NCBI GenBank assembly: GCA_965243025.1
Contig: CBDETY010000003.1
Coordinates: forward strand, 3,648,001-3,712,000
DNA: 64,000 bases
DNA from: Candidatus Latescibacterota bacterium
GTDB taxonomy: Bacteria > Latescibacterota > UBA2968 > UBA8231
Reading direction: 5' to 3'
The notes beneath the pieces were generated by a model. That model saw nothing but the letters and a program-made list of their open reading frames with translations. It ran no database searches and was not told where the DNA came from. Below are positions 29,399-38,600 of the stretch, piece after piece. Each line of letters begins with the position of its first letter. Within the stretch, counting starts at the first letter, position 1. The position numbers were made by a program, and so were the translations under genes.

Positions 29399-32074
29399 CT
29401 AGTAGACGACGGCAAGGGTGCGCAGCAACTCCCGGTTTCCCACGCCTGTATCCGCGGTGTCGACGGCGGGTTTCAGGCGCACCGCGTATACCCCCGGAGG
29501 CACGAGCTCCCCTTCGTCGTCGCGGCCGTCCCAGGCCATCGAGTAAGCGCCCGCGCCTACCTCCCGACGCTCCTCCAGACGCCGCACGCGACGGCCGGCG
29601 AGGTCGAAAATTTCCGCCTGGACCGCGGCGCCGCCCGCCACCATCATCACCGTGAAAACGAGCCGCAGCTCGTCGTTGACACCATCCCCGTTGGGAGAGA
29701 ACACCGGCGGCCTCACGGTCAGGTCGCCCAGCAGCCTCTTGCGCTCCGGCACGGCGACCAGCTGCAGCGAGGTGCGCGGAACCTTTTCGTCGACGGGCTG
29801 CCAGAAACCCTCTCCTTCCGAGTTGCGCAGCTGCGCCCGCAGGCGGCCTCCCGCGGTCAGCAGGACCCCCCTGAAATCGACGCGCAATACCTCCACTTCC
29901 GGATCGACCGCGGCGAACGCCAGGTGAAGACTGTCCGGGGCGTCAGACAGCACCCGCACCCTCTCCAGGCGGAAACCGCCGGGGCCGTCCCCTTCCCCGA
30001 ACGCCGGGGCCGGACCGGCGAACACCGGATCGCCGACAGGGTCGAAGCTCAGCTCCATTCCGGGCGGCGGCGTTATCAGCAGCTCGTCGAACCCCTGCTC
30101 GAGGGGACCGAGCTCGACGAGCAGACTGAAGCTGCGTTCCACTCCGAGGGAATCGACCCGGGTCGGAGTCAGGGCCGCGTGCAGGCTGCCGGCAACCAGT
30201 CCCGAGAAGTTCACGCGCACCGCGTCCAGGGTGGCGAAGGCTTCCGGATCCCCGGACAGCAGCCGCGCCCGGATCTCGAGATACCTGCGCGGAGACGGCG
30301 AGGTGACCGCGCTCCCCGAGGCCGCCTCGTACGGCTCACTCCAGGGCTCCCAGTCGCTGGCCGCCACCGCCTCGGGAACGATGTCTCCCTTCTGCCACGA
30401 GAAGCGGATCTTGTTGTAGGCCGCCTCGGAGACCTCCGTCCCGTTGGCCTTGAAATAGTGCAGCAGCGTATCGAGGCTGTTCCCGGTGCGCGTCTGCACC
30501 TCGACGCGGGTTTCGGGCTGGAGGTCGGAGTCCCACTCGATGGTGGTCAGGTTGCGGCCGCCGCCGAGTTCAATCAGGCCGGATGTCAGCTCGACCCGGG
30601 GTTGGTACCCCTCTCCATACAGCTGCAGCTCGCTGAAAGCGGCGTTGCTGTAATATCCTTGCGACAGGTCCCACTCGATGCGGAAGAACCCCGCGATGAC
30701 GGGTTGAAACTCCTCGATACTCAGTGCTACGCGTCTGCCGAAGCCACTTCCCATGTTCCTCTCGGCCAGCGTCAGCCATTCGAGGCTGCCGTCCACCTTC
30801 CTGGAGCCGTCGGAAACCTCCAGGCGGTACTGGTTCCACAATCTGGCTTCGCGGGCTTCGCCCCGGCCCCCGGCCAATCTCAAACCGCTTATCCAGAAAA
30901 ACGAGCCCAGGTCGAGCAAGATCTCGGCCGTCAGCCTGTCCGGGTCAACCCGGCTGCGGATACCCATGCGCTCCTGCGATTCGATGTTCCCGTCGATGAG
31001 ATTCAGCGGATTCACGGAGTTCCGGGCGGTATTGACCATTGATCCCCCGCGGCGGACGATACCGCTGGCCAGGTCGTCACCCGGACCCCAGACTTCCAGC
31101 TCGGCCAGGCGCGGCCGTTCCCGCCGGTAGTAGCGGACCCCCGCCCGAAGCGGCGCAGGCAGTCTTTCGTAGTCCTCCCGGTCCAGGACGATCTCACCAC
31201 CGGCCGAAAGGCGCTTGAGGTAATCGATCGCCCCGGCCTCTTCCGGGGCATCCTCGAGGAGCTGCTCGTACGCCTCCTCCCCGATCTCCCGGCCGCGGTC
31301 GAAATCGCTGCCGTGCACGACCACCTGGACGAAACGGACCGCCCTTTTGGCCGCCTGCCTTCTCGCCGCTTCGCCGAGTTCCCATTGGTGGAGATCGGAC
31401 CCGCTGCCGAAGTAGCGGGAAACCGCCGCCGGGTCGTATTGGGAAAGGTCGATCTCGAAAAGGCGCTGGTACTTGTTGCGATGCAGGGTCTGCATGACCG
31501 GCCGGAAGTCGAGATTCCCGCTGGCCGGAGCCTCCCCGGGAGCCTGGCCGTTGGAGACCAGAACGTCGAACAGCAGGAAGGGATCCCCAAGGCTCTCGTC
31601 GACGAACTTCAACACGATCCGGTCCGCCAGCACGATGCGGCCGAGGTCGACGATGAACCACCACTGGGTCGCCAGCTCGACCTCGCTCGACAGGAACTCC
31701 GGCTCCCACCAAGTGTTCATGTCGCCGTCGAGGGCGTTGACGACCCCCTCGCGATTGGAGACGCCCTGAACCGCATCGAGCAGGGTGATTCCCGCCGGGT
31801 CCCTGTCAGCCAGCCCTTCCGGCGGAATCCAGCGCAGGTGATCGACGATGTCGAGAACGGCGTTGGCCGGCCGGCGCCAGCGGCGGGGCCGGAGCCCGCC
31901 GGAGGAACCGATCTCCAGTGTCCCTTCGGCGAACTCCCAGTTCTTCCAGTGGCCCGGCGAATTGACAACCACCTGATTTCCGCGAATGCTGTACCCCGGC
32001 TGCGCCGCTGCTTCCCCCGCTGCGAGGTGAGCACAGACGATCGCGGTTCCGGAAAAAAGACAGGACTTTTTCAT
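29399..32074 (-). CDS. Secreted double-discoidin-like/FlgD(CHU_C)-tail protein, paralog B
   Basis: Start MKKSCL at 32074; colinear and highly similar to A; ends LAVVY. Confidence 0.88.
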   Translation of the reverse strand: MKKSCLFSGTAIVCAHLAAGEAAAQPGYSIRGNQVVVNSPGHWKNWEFAEGTLEIGSSGGLRPRRWRRPANAVLDIVDHLRWIPPEGLADRDPAGITLLDAVQGVSNREGVVNALDGDMNTWWEPEFLSSEVELATQWWFIVDLGRIVLADRIVLKFVDESLGDPFLLFDVLVSNGQAPGEAPASGNLDFRPVMQTLHRNKYQRLFEIDLSQYDPAAVSRYFGSGSDLHQWELGEAARRQAAKRAVRFVQVVVHGSDFDRGREIGEEAYEQLLEDAPEEAGAIDYLKRLSAGGEIVLDREDYERLPAPLRAGVRYYRRERPRLAELEVWGPGDDLASGIVRRGGSMVNTARNSVNPLNLIDGNIESQERMGIRSRVDPDRLTAEILLDLGSFFWISGLRLAGGRGEAREARLWNQYRLEVSDGSRKVDGSLEWLTLAERNMGSGFGRRVALSIEEFQPVIAGFFRIEWDLSQGYYSNAAFSELQLYGEGYQPRVELTSGLIELGGGRNLTTIEWDSDLQPETRVEVQTRTGNSLDTLLHYFKANGTEVSEAAYNKIRFSWQKGDIVPEAVAASDWEPWSEPYEAASGSAVTSPSPRRYLEIRARLLSGDPEAFATLDAVRVNFSGLVAGSLHAALTPTRVDSLGVERSFSLLVELGPLEQGFDELLITPPPGMELSFDPVGDPVFAGPAPAFGEGDGPGGFRLERVRVLSDAPDSLHLAFAAVDPEVEVLRVDFRGVLLTAGGRLRAQLRNSEGEGFWQPVDEKVPRTSLQLVAVPERKRLLGDLTVRPPVFSPNGDGVNDELRLVFTVMMVAGGAAVQAEIFDLAGRRVRRLEERREVGAGAYSMAWDGRDDEGELVPPGVYAVRLKPAVDTADTGVGNRELLRTLAVVY

Positions 32075-32252
32075 CCCGGGCCGACTCGGCGGCAGGTGCC
32101 TTTCGATACAGGATCCAGACTGATTTGAGCATACTGTTTTTGCAGGCCCGCCGACAGTCGGACAACGGGTCACGGCCTCCCCTGAACTTCTCGAGGTCGA
32201 AGCCGATTCCCGGTTCCCGGCTGCCCTCCTTCCCCGTCTCCGGACAGGTGAA

Positions 32253-34874
32253 ATGATCCACACCGCCACCGTCCTCGGGGTCTTCTTCCTGTCCGGCGTC
32301 AGCGGCCTCGTCTACCAGGTCCTGTGGGTCCGGCTGTTCGGCAACGTCTTCGGAAACACGGTCCACTCCGCCGCGGCTGTGACCGCGGTGTTCATGTTCG
32401 GGCTGGGCGTCGGAAGCTACCTGATCGGACGCTGGGGGGACCGGCTTTTCCTGTCCGATTCCAGGCGTCCGCTGCGGTTCTACGGGTACGCCGAGTTCCT
32501 GATCGGTCTCTGGTGCCTGCTGGTGGCCATGGTCCTGCCCGAGCTCACCGCTCTCTCCGCCTGGGGGTCGACTTACGTCCCCGGCCGCAATGGCTGGTTC
32601 GAGCTGTCGCCCGCATCCCACCTGCTCCGCTTCGGGGCCGCGGCAATCCTGCTCGCCCCGCCCACCCTGCTGATGGGCGGAACCCTGACGCTGCTGATCC
32701 GCCATCTCGTTGCCCACGAGATCGGCCTTGCCGGCTGGAAGGTCGGGCTGCTGTACGGGTTCAACACCCTCGGAGCCGCGGCAGGCGCCTTTCTCACCGA
32801 CCTCGCACTGGTTCCCCTCATCGGTGTCTTCAACACCGAGCTCGCCGCCGTCGCCCTCAACTGGGGAGCGGGAGCCGTGGCCCTGCTGTGCGCCAGCCGT
32901 ATCTCCAGGCTGGCGGCGCCCGCTCCTGCCGAAGGGAACGACAGCCCAAGTCCGGAATCGTCGGGAACCGATACCCGACTCCTGCGGTTGACCGCCGCGG
33001 CCCTGTTTCTGTCCGGCTTCGCGGCGCTGGGTATGGAGATCGTCTGGTTCAGGTTGCTGATCTCCCTGCTGGGGGGATACCGGGCGGTCTTTTCGATCGT
33101 TCTCACGGTCATCCTGCTGGGGATCTGGCTCGGCGCCCTCCTCGGGGGAGCCGCCCACAGGCGCTGGGGCAGGCCCGCCCTCGCCTACGCCCTGACCCAG
33201 TCGCTGTTCGCCATCGCCACGGTTGGATTCGCCGCGGGGTACGACTCCGGGTTCATCGTGTCGTACGCGAACGCGGTCATGGACAGGTACGAACAGGCCT
33301 CGGAAGCGGGGCGCTGGCTGATGGACGTGTGGGCGAACTTCCGCGTCGCCCTGCTGCTCGTGGGGCTTCCCTCGCTCTGCCTGGGCTTCACCTTCCCGCT
33401 GGCCAACGGCCTGGTGCAGCGTTACCGGGGTTCGGTCGGGGCGCGGGCGGGCGCCCTCTACCTCTCCAACACGGCAGGCAACGTCGCCGGGGCCCTGGCC
33501 GCGGGCTTCCTGCTCCTGCCGCTGTTCGGTGTCCAGAACTGCTTCGCGATCCTCGCATCCCTCTCCGTGGCAGGGATCGCCCCCCTTGTCGCGGTCGCCC
33601 GAAACGACCGCCCCCCATCCCGTTCCGGGTGGGGGCCGTTGCTCGCCGGTCCCGCGGCAGCGGCGGCGGCGGTTGCCGCCTTCTGCTCCCTTCCGGCCGA
33701 CCACCTGCTTCTCCGCTCATTCGACTTCAGCCTCGCTTCGCGGGGGGAGCGCATCCTGACGGCGCACGAGGGGATCAACGAGACCCTGGTGGTCAGCGAA
33801 CGCAGCGGACAGGGAAGGCGGCTGCTCACGAACGGACACCCGATGTCATCGACCCTGCTGCTCAACCAGCGCTACATGAGGGCCGCGGCCCATATTCCGC
33901 TGCTGATGCACGAGGAGCCGGCCAGCGTCCTCAACATCGCCTTCGGGGTCGGCAACACCCTGCACGCCGCCTCGCTGCACCCGAGCGTGGAAAGACTCGA
34001 GGTCGCCGATCTTTCGCGCGGCATTCTCGAGCACGCCGGCTACTTCGAGGTTTCGAACAAAGGGGTGCTGAACGACCCGCGCGCAAGCGTATTCATCAAC
34101 GACGGCAGACAGCACCTGCTGATGCGGGAGGAGGGGGTTTACGACCTCATCGCGCTGGAACCGCCGCCGATCAACATGGCGGGAACCGCTTCTCTGTACA
34201 CGCGGGAATTCTACCGGCTGGCGCGCAGCCGCCTGCGCCCCGGGGGGTTCATGTCGCAGTGGCTGCCGGCCCACCAGCTGCCTGCGGAGGGGACGTTCTC
34301 CCTGATCCGCGCCTTCGTCGACCTCTTCCCCCGGGCGGTGCTGCTGGGATCGCACCGCAACCTGATTCTGCTGGGGATCCGGGGTCCGGCGCTCGAGCTG
34401 GATATCGAAGAAGTTGCCCGGCGTCTCGAGGAGCGCCCGGAAGTCGCAGAGGATCTCGGCTCGATCCTCATGGGGACCCCGACAGAGCTGGCCGGGACGT
34501 TCGTCGCTTCCGGCAGAACCCTGGAACGGCTGTCCGCCCCGGTGCCGGCCCTGGTCGACGACCGTCCGGTCAACGAGTACGCGGCGCGCTCGAACCTGAT
34601 GATCAACGTGCAGCCGCGCGAGCTGTTCGACCTCAGCGACGCGGCCGGCTGGTGCCCGAACTGCTTTTCCCCGCCGCACGCCGCCGGGGCTCTCTTGGAC
34701 CTTCCCGCCTACCTGGAAATCCTGCAGGAGATCTACCGCAGCGAGGCCTTTCTCGTCGATGCGGCACGACAGCCCGCCCCCCTGTTCATCGATCTCGAAC
34801 CGGAGCCGCGGCGCCGCGCCGTCTCGCGCTCACCTTTTCTCAGGATGATGCTTCCGAAGCTTGCCCGCCGCTGA
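32253..34874 (+). CDS. Fused MFS-like/spermidine synthase family membrane protein
   Basis: FFLSG.SGLVYQV.W.R twice, LYGFNTLGA, LYLSNTAG, VLNIAFGVGNT, INDGRQHL, YDLIALEPPP, LYTREFY, SQWLP. Confidence 0.88.
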   Translation: MIHTATVLGVFFLSGVSGLVYQVLWVRLFGNVFGNTVHSAAAVTAVFMFGLGVGSYLIGRWGDRLFLSDSRRPLRFYGYAEFLIGLWCLLVAMVLPELTALSAWGSTYVPGRNGWFELSPASHLLRFGAAAILLAPPTLLMGGTLTLLIRHLVAHEIGLAGWKVGLLYGFNTLGAAAGAFLTDLALVPLIGVFNTELAAVALNWGAGAVALLCASRISRLAAPAPAEGNDSPSPESSGTDTRLLRLTAAALFLSGFAALGMEIVWFRLLISLLGGYRAVFSIVLTVILLGIWLGALLGGAAHRRWGRPALAYALTQSLFAIATVGFAAGYDSGFIVSYANAVMDRYEQASEAGRWLMDVWANFRVALLLVGLPSLCLGFTFPLANGLVQRYRGSVGARAGALYLSNTAGNVAGALAAGFLLLPLFGVQNCFAILASLSVAGIAPLVAVARNDRPPSRSGWGPLLAGPAAAAAAVAAFCSLPADHLLLRSFDFSLASRGERILTAHEGINETLVVSERSGQGRRLLTNGHPMSSTLLLNQRYMRAAAHIPLLMHEEPASVLNIAFGVGNTLHAASLHPSVERLEVADLSRGILEHAGYFEVSNKGVLNDPRASVFINDGRQHLLMREEGVYDLIALEPPPINMAGTASLYTREFYRLARSRLRPGGFMSQWLPAHQLPAEGTFSLIRAFVDLFPRAVLLGSHRNLILLGIRGPALELDIEEVARRLEERPEVAEDLGSILMGTPTELAGTFVASGRTLERLSAPVPALVDDRPVNEYAARSNLMINVQPRELFDLSDAAGWCPNCFSPPHAAGALLDLPAYLEILQEIYRSEAFLVDAARQPAPLFIDLEPEPRRRAVSRSPFLRMMLPKLARR

Positions 34875-34906
34875 AAGCCCGGCAGTTCCGCTTCCGGGAA
34901 GCGGCT

Positions 34907-36844
34907 TTACTCTTCGGTTACCGTCACCAGCTGGCCGGAGGGGAACGGTCCCTCCAGGACCTGGTCCTTCCCAGATGGCCAGCGCACCGATATGCGGTCG
35001 GCCTCGGCCGCTTCCCCGAGTCCGAAATACAGGGGCATGTCGCTTTGCGACAGGTACCCCGACTGTCCGTCGTTGATCTTCCTGTAACTGGTTTCTCCCG
35101 CCGCGACCTCGACTACCGCCCCGATGCCGCTCCTGTTGGACTCGGTCCCCCGGAGCTGGACCGACAGGTAGCGGATCTGCCGTTTCTCGGAGAGGTTGCT
35201 GACCAGAACCATCGGCTCGGAGTTGAACTCGTTGGTGACGATGTCGAGGTCGCCGTCTCCCTCGAGGTCGAAGAAAACCGAGGCGCGCGAGCCGAGAGCC
35301 GCCCAGACCACGAACTCTCCGGTGCGGTCGGCGCAGTGCTCGTGGCCGGCGTTCGCCTCGTCGTCGCAGTCGAGGAGGAACCACGGCCTGGCGGTGCGCC
35401 CTGCGCGCCGCGGCTCGACCCCGAGAATGAACTCGGCATCGAGAAAGCCCTGCCCCGAGTTGTTGACCAGCAAACTGTTGATCCCGTACCGGAAGGGGTA
35501 GTTCATGCTCGATGCAATGAAGACGTCGTCGAAGCCGTCGGCGTTCAGGTCTCCGACGCTGAATCCCCAGGGCCACAGATTCTCGGCTCCGACGGCGTCG
35601 GATACCTCGGTGTACCCGCCTCCGCCGTCGTTGCGGTAGAAGGCGTTGCCGAACACGCTCATGCCTTCGTCGCGCAGGAACTCGGGCGGGTACTTCATGT
35701 TGGCCTTGCGCTTCTCCCTGTCCGGAGGGACATCGTCGCTCATGTCGGAGTGCATGTCGCTGACGAACATGTCGAAATCCCCGTCGTTGTCGAAGTCGAA
35801 GACCTTGGCGCACATCGCTCCCCACGGTGTTCTGGGGAAGACCTCCCGGCTTTTGAGGGCGAAGCGCTCGCCGCCCTGGTTTTCGTAGAGCTCGTCGTGG
35901 CCCTGCATGTCGAGGGTGTAGAGGTCGATCCAGCCGTCCTCGTTCACGTCGACCGGGGTTGCCGCCCCGGACCAGCCGGTGTCGACGAGGGCCATCTGCC
36001 CGGTGACGTCGGCGAAGCGGTTGCCCCCCTCGTTCCGGTACAGGATGCTGCGCTCGGTGCGCTCCGGTTTGAGGTGGCCGGCGAAGGCATCGCCGAAGGC
36101 TGCGAAATACTGGTACGACGCCGAGGAGTCGGGGTCGACGGCGTCGAGGGAGCCGGTGATCACCTCGTCCCTGGTGAAAACGCCGACGTTGCACAGGTAC
36201 AGGTCCAGCAGGCCGTCGCGGTCGTAGTCGAAGAAGACCGCCGCGGAGGAGTGGCCGCTGTAGGAGAGGCCCGCCGGTCCGGTGACGTCGGAGAACAGGC
36301 CGGAACCCCGGTTCTCGAAAAGGAAGTTGCCGCCCCGGACCGTGGTCGCGAACAGGTCGGGGTCGCCGTCGTTGTCGGTGTCCGCGAACGAGGCGGTGAC
36401 CCCGATGGGGGCGCTGATGTCGATACCAGGAGATGCGGCGGTCACATCCTCGAACCGGCCCCCTCCGGCGTTGCGCCACAGCTCGTTGGCACCCGCCTGG
36501 GTCGAGAAATAGATGTCGAGCTGCCCGTCTCCATCGACGTCGGCGACGGCGACGCCGTTGCCGTGGTCGTAATGGGATGGTTTGTACTTCAGACCGGTGT
36601 CGTCGGTGCAGGTGTTTGCGAAGGTGATCCCGCTCTCCTCGTAGCGATCGCTGAATGCGAAATCGACGAAAGCGTCGAAGCGGTCCGCCGTCTCCAGCTG
36701 TTGCAGCCTGCGAGATTCCATCCAGGATGGCTCTATGATCTCGAGCGGGACCGGCAGGGAGCGCGGCATCGATGCCGTCCCGCTCTCCGTGCCCAGCATG
36801 TATGCTCCGACTGCGACTGCGGCTGCGGCTGTTCTTGTATTCAT
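34907..36844 (-). CDS. CRTAC1-like FG-GAP repeat protein with ASPIC/UnbV domain
   Basis: Repeated DxDxDGxxD motifs; C-terminal SNRSGIGAVV, GYLSQS.MPLYFGLG, VRWPSG. Confidence 0.88.
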   Translation of the reverse strand: MNTRTAAAAVAVGAYMLGTESGTASMPRSLPVPLEIIEPSWMESRRLQQLETADRFDAFVDFAFSDRYEESGITFANTCTDDTGLKYKPSHYDHGNGVAVADVDGDGQLDIYFSTQAGANELWRNAGGGRFEDVTAASPGIDISAPIGVTASFADTDNDGDPDLFATTVRGGNFLFENRGSGLFSDVTGPAGLSYSGHSSAAVFFDYDRDGLLDLYLCNVGVFTRDEVITGSLDAVDPDSSASYQYFAAFGDAFAGHLKPERTERSILYRNEGGNRFADVTGQMALVDTGWSGAATPVDVNEDGWIDLYTLDMQGHDELYENQGGERFALKSREVFPRTPWGAMCAKVFDFDNDGDFDMFVSDMHSDMSDDVPPDREKRKANMKYPPEFLRDEGMSVFGNAFYRNDGGGGYTEVSDAVGAENLWPWGFSVGDLNADGFDDVFIASSMNYPFRYGINSLLVNNSGQGFLDAEFILGVEPRRAGRTARPWFLLDCDDEANAGHEHCADRTGEFVVWAALGSRASVFFDLEGDGDLDIVTNEFNSEPMVLVSNLSEKRQIRYLSVQLRGTESNRSGIGAVVEVAAGETSYRKINDGQSGYLSQSDMPLYFGLGEAAEADRISVRWPSGKDQVLEGPFPSGQLVTVTEE

Positions 36845-36943
36845 GCGTGCGTCCTTACCCCACGCGGCTGCTGCTGCGATCCGGTTTCAAAACGGGCATG
36901 CCAGACTCCGGGCCGGTGGACCGGCCCCGGCAGAGTCCGGTTT

Positions 36944-38572
36944 CTATATCTTGGCCAGTTCGTCGTAGAAAACGCGAACCGCGTGCTTCTGGCGAAGCGT
37001 CCGCACGTAGTCGCTGAAGGCGCGCTTGCGTTTGCGGATCTTCACTATGGCCGCGGCGCGCCGGGCCGATTCGGAGTACGGCCGCAATACCGGCGCCTCC
37101 CGGCCGAGGATCTTGCATACCGAGTAGCCGCTGTGCGTCTTGACCGGACCGAACACCGCCCCGTCCTCCAGCCCCTCGGCGGTCTCGTAGAGCTTCCTGT
37201 GCCGGCTGTTCTTCGAAACGGTAATGCGGCCGTCGTGGTGGGCCATCCCCTCGCGGATGGTGTATTCCCGGGCGAGCGCCCCGGCGTCCTCTCCGGCGTC
37301 GAGCTGTTCCCTGATCCACTCCCCTTCCTCGGGGATACCGACGAGGATTTCGATGACTTCGATCTTTTCCTCGGTGTGGAATACCTCGGGGTGGTTGTCG
37401 TAGTAGCCGCGCGCCTCCTGCTCGCTGACAGTCACCAGGCGGTCGACGTTGCGCAGCCGCAGCTCCTGCATCAGTTGATCCTGGCGGTAGAGCTCCAGGG
37501 CGTCCAGGATCTTCTGATCCCGATCGATTCCCGCGGCAGTCGCCTCGGCGATGAACAGCTCCTGGGGAACGACCCCTTCCTCGAGGAAATTCACGAATGA
37601 TTCCGGATCGCTGAACTGCTCCGAATCCCGCTTGGCTTCGGGAACGAACTGCAGGAACTCGTCGAGTGTGATGCTCCCGCCTTTGTAGGTGCAGATCGGA
37701 AGCCGGCGGATGGCCTCCAGGTCCGCATCGAGCGAACCGCGCTCGCGCAGCACGGCCTCCACCGCCTCCATGTTGATTCGGGGCTCGAACACCTTGCTCA
37801 GCGAATCGGCGAGCACCTCCGCCCTCTCGGCCCGTTTCCGTCCGTACACCCCCTCGGCGACGAGGTCGCGGACCTCGTACAAGGGAACGGGGATCTCGTC
37901 GAGGACCTTGATGATGGTATAGCGCCACTTCTTCTCGTAGAGGAACCGCAGCGGCTCCGTGATCTCGCCTGCCTGAAGCTGGAAGATCCTCCGCAAAAAC
38001 TTCGAGGTGTCGTCCAACCTCATGTACTGGGGGACGACCCCGCCCTGGTCGCGCGTCTCCTTGTAGAGAGATCTCTGGCGCGCCAGCTCCCCGAAGTCCG
38101 CCCCGTCCAGTACCTCCTGCCGCGCGGCGAGCGCCTCCTCCTCCGTTTCCAGGAGGATACCGGCGATTCGCACCGCTCGATCGCGGCCTTCCAGCTTCTG
38201 TTGGGCGAGCAGTTCCTCTTCGCTGACCTCGACCTGGCGGTTGATGGCCAGTCGCTTGTACTCGGTCAGCACCTTCTGTCTGTGGAACACTTCGAGTTTC
38301 GCGACGAACCCCGGTTCGGCGCTGATGCCGGATTCTTCGGCCTCTTTGAGAAGCAGCTTCTTGTCGATGAGGCTTTCCAGCATCAGGCTGTCGGGAGCAG
38401 GCTCGGGTTTCCCCGACCTGCGGACATCTTCTACCGCCTCTCTGAAAACCCTGAGATCGTTTGCGGTCACATGCTGTCCCGCGATTTCGGCGAGCACCAC
38501 GTCCGCGGCGGATGCCATGTCGGTCCGGCACAGAACGGCGGCGCACGCCGCAAGAATGAGTTTTACAGGCAT
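36944..38572 (-). CDS. SurA/PrsA-like exported chaperone with two parvulin-type (PpiC) domains
   Basis: Signal peptide; VLAEIAGQHVT, LIDKKLLLKEA, GADFGELARQRS..DQGG, GALAREYT, GPVKTHSGYSV.K. Confidence 0.8.
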   Translation of the reverse strand: MPVKLILAACAAVLCRTDMASAADVVLAEIAGQHVTANDLRVFREAVEDVRRSGKPEPAPDSLMLESLIDKKLLLKEAEESGISAEPGFVAKLEVFHRQKVLTEYKRLAINRQVEVSEEELLAQQKLEGRDRAVRIAGILLETEEEALAARQEVLDGADFGELARQRSLYKETRDQGGVVPQYMRLDDTSKFLRRIFQLQAGEITEPLRFLYEKKWRYTIIKVLDEIPVPLYEVRDLVAEGVYGRKRAERAEVLADSLSKVFEPRINMEAVEAVLRERGSLDADLEAIRRLPICTYKGGSITLDEFLQFVPEAKRDSEQFSDPESFVNFLEEGVVPQELFIAEATAAGIDRDQKILDALELYRQDQLMQELRLRNVDRLVTVSEQEARGYYDNHPEVFHTEEKIEVIEILVGIPEEGEWIREQLDAGEDAGALAREYTIREGMAHHDGRITVSKNSRHRKLYETAEGLEDGAVFGPVKTHSGYSVCKILGREAPVLRPYSESARRAAAIVKIRKRKRAFSDYVRTLRQKHAVRVFYDELAKI

Positions 38573-38600
38573 GGTCCTCGAGTCGTGCAGTTGGGTGTTT

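Noticed and set aside
32324-37600. 1758-aa plus-strand ORF
   Set aside because: Out-of-frame overlap with the synthase fusion and antisense to the CRTAC1 and PPIase genes. Low-complexity Arg/Gly/Pro-rich translation typical of high-GC shadow ORFs.
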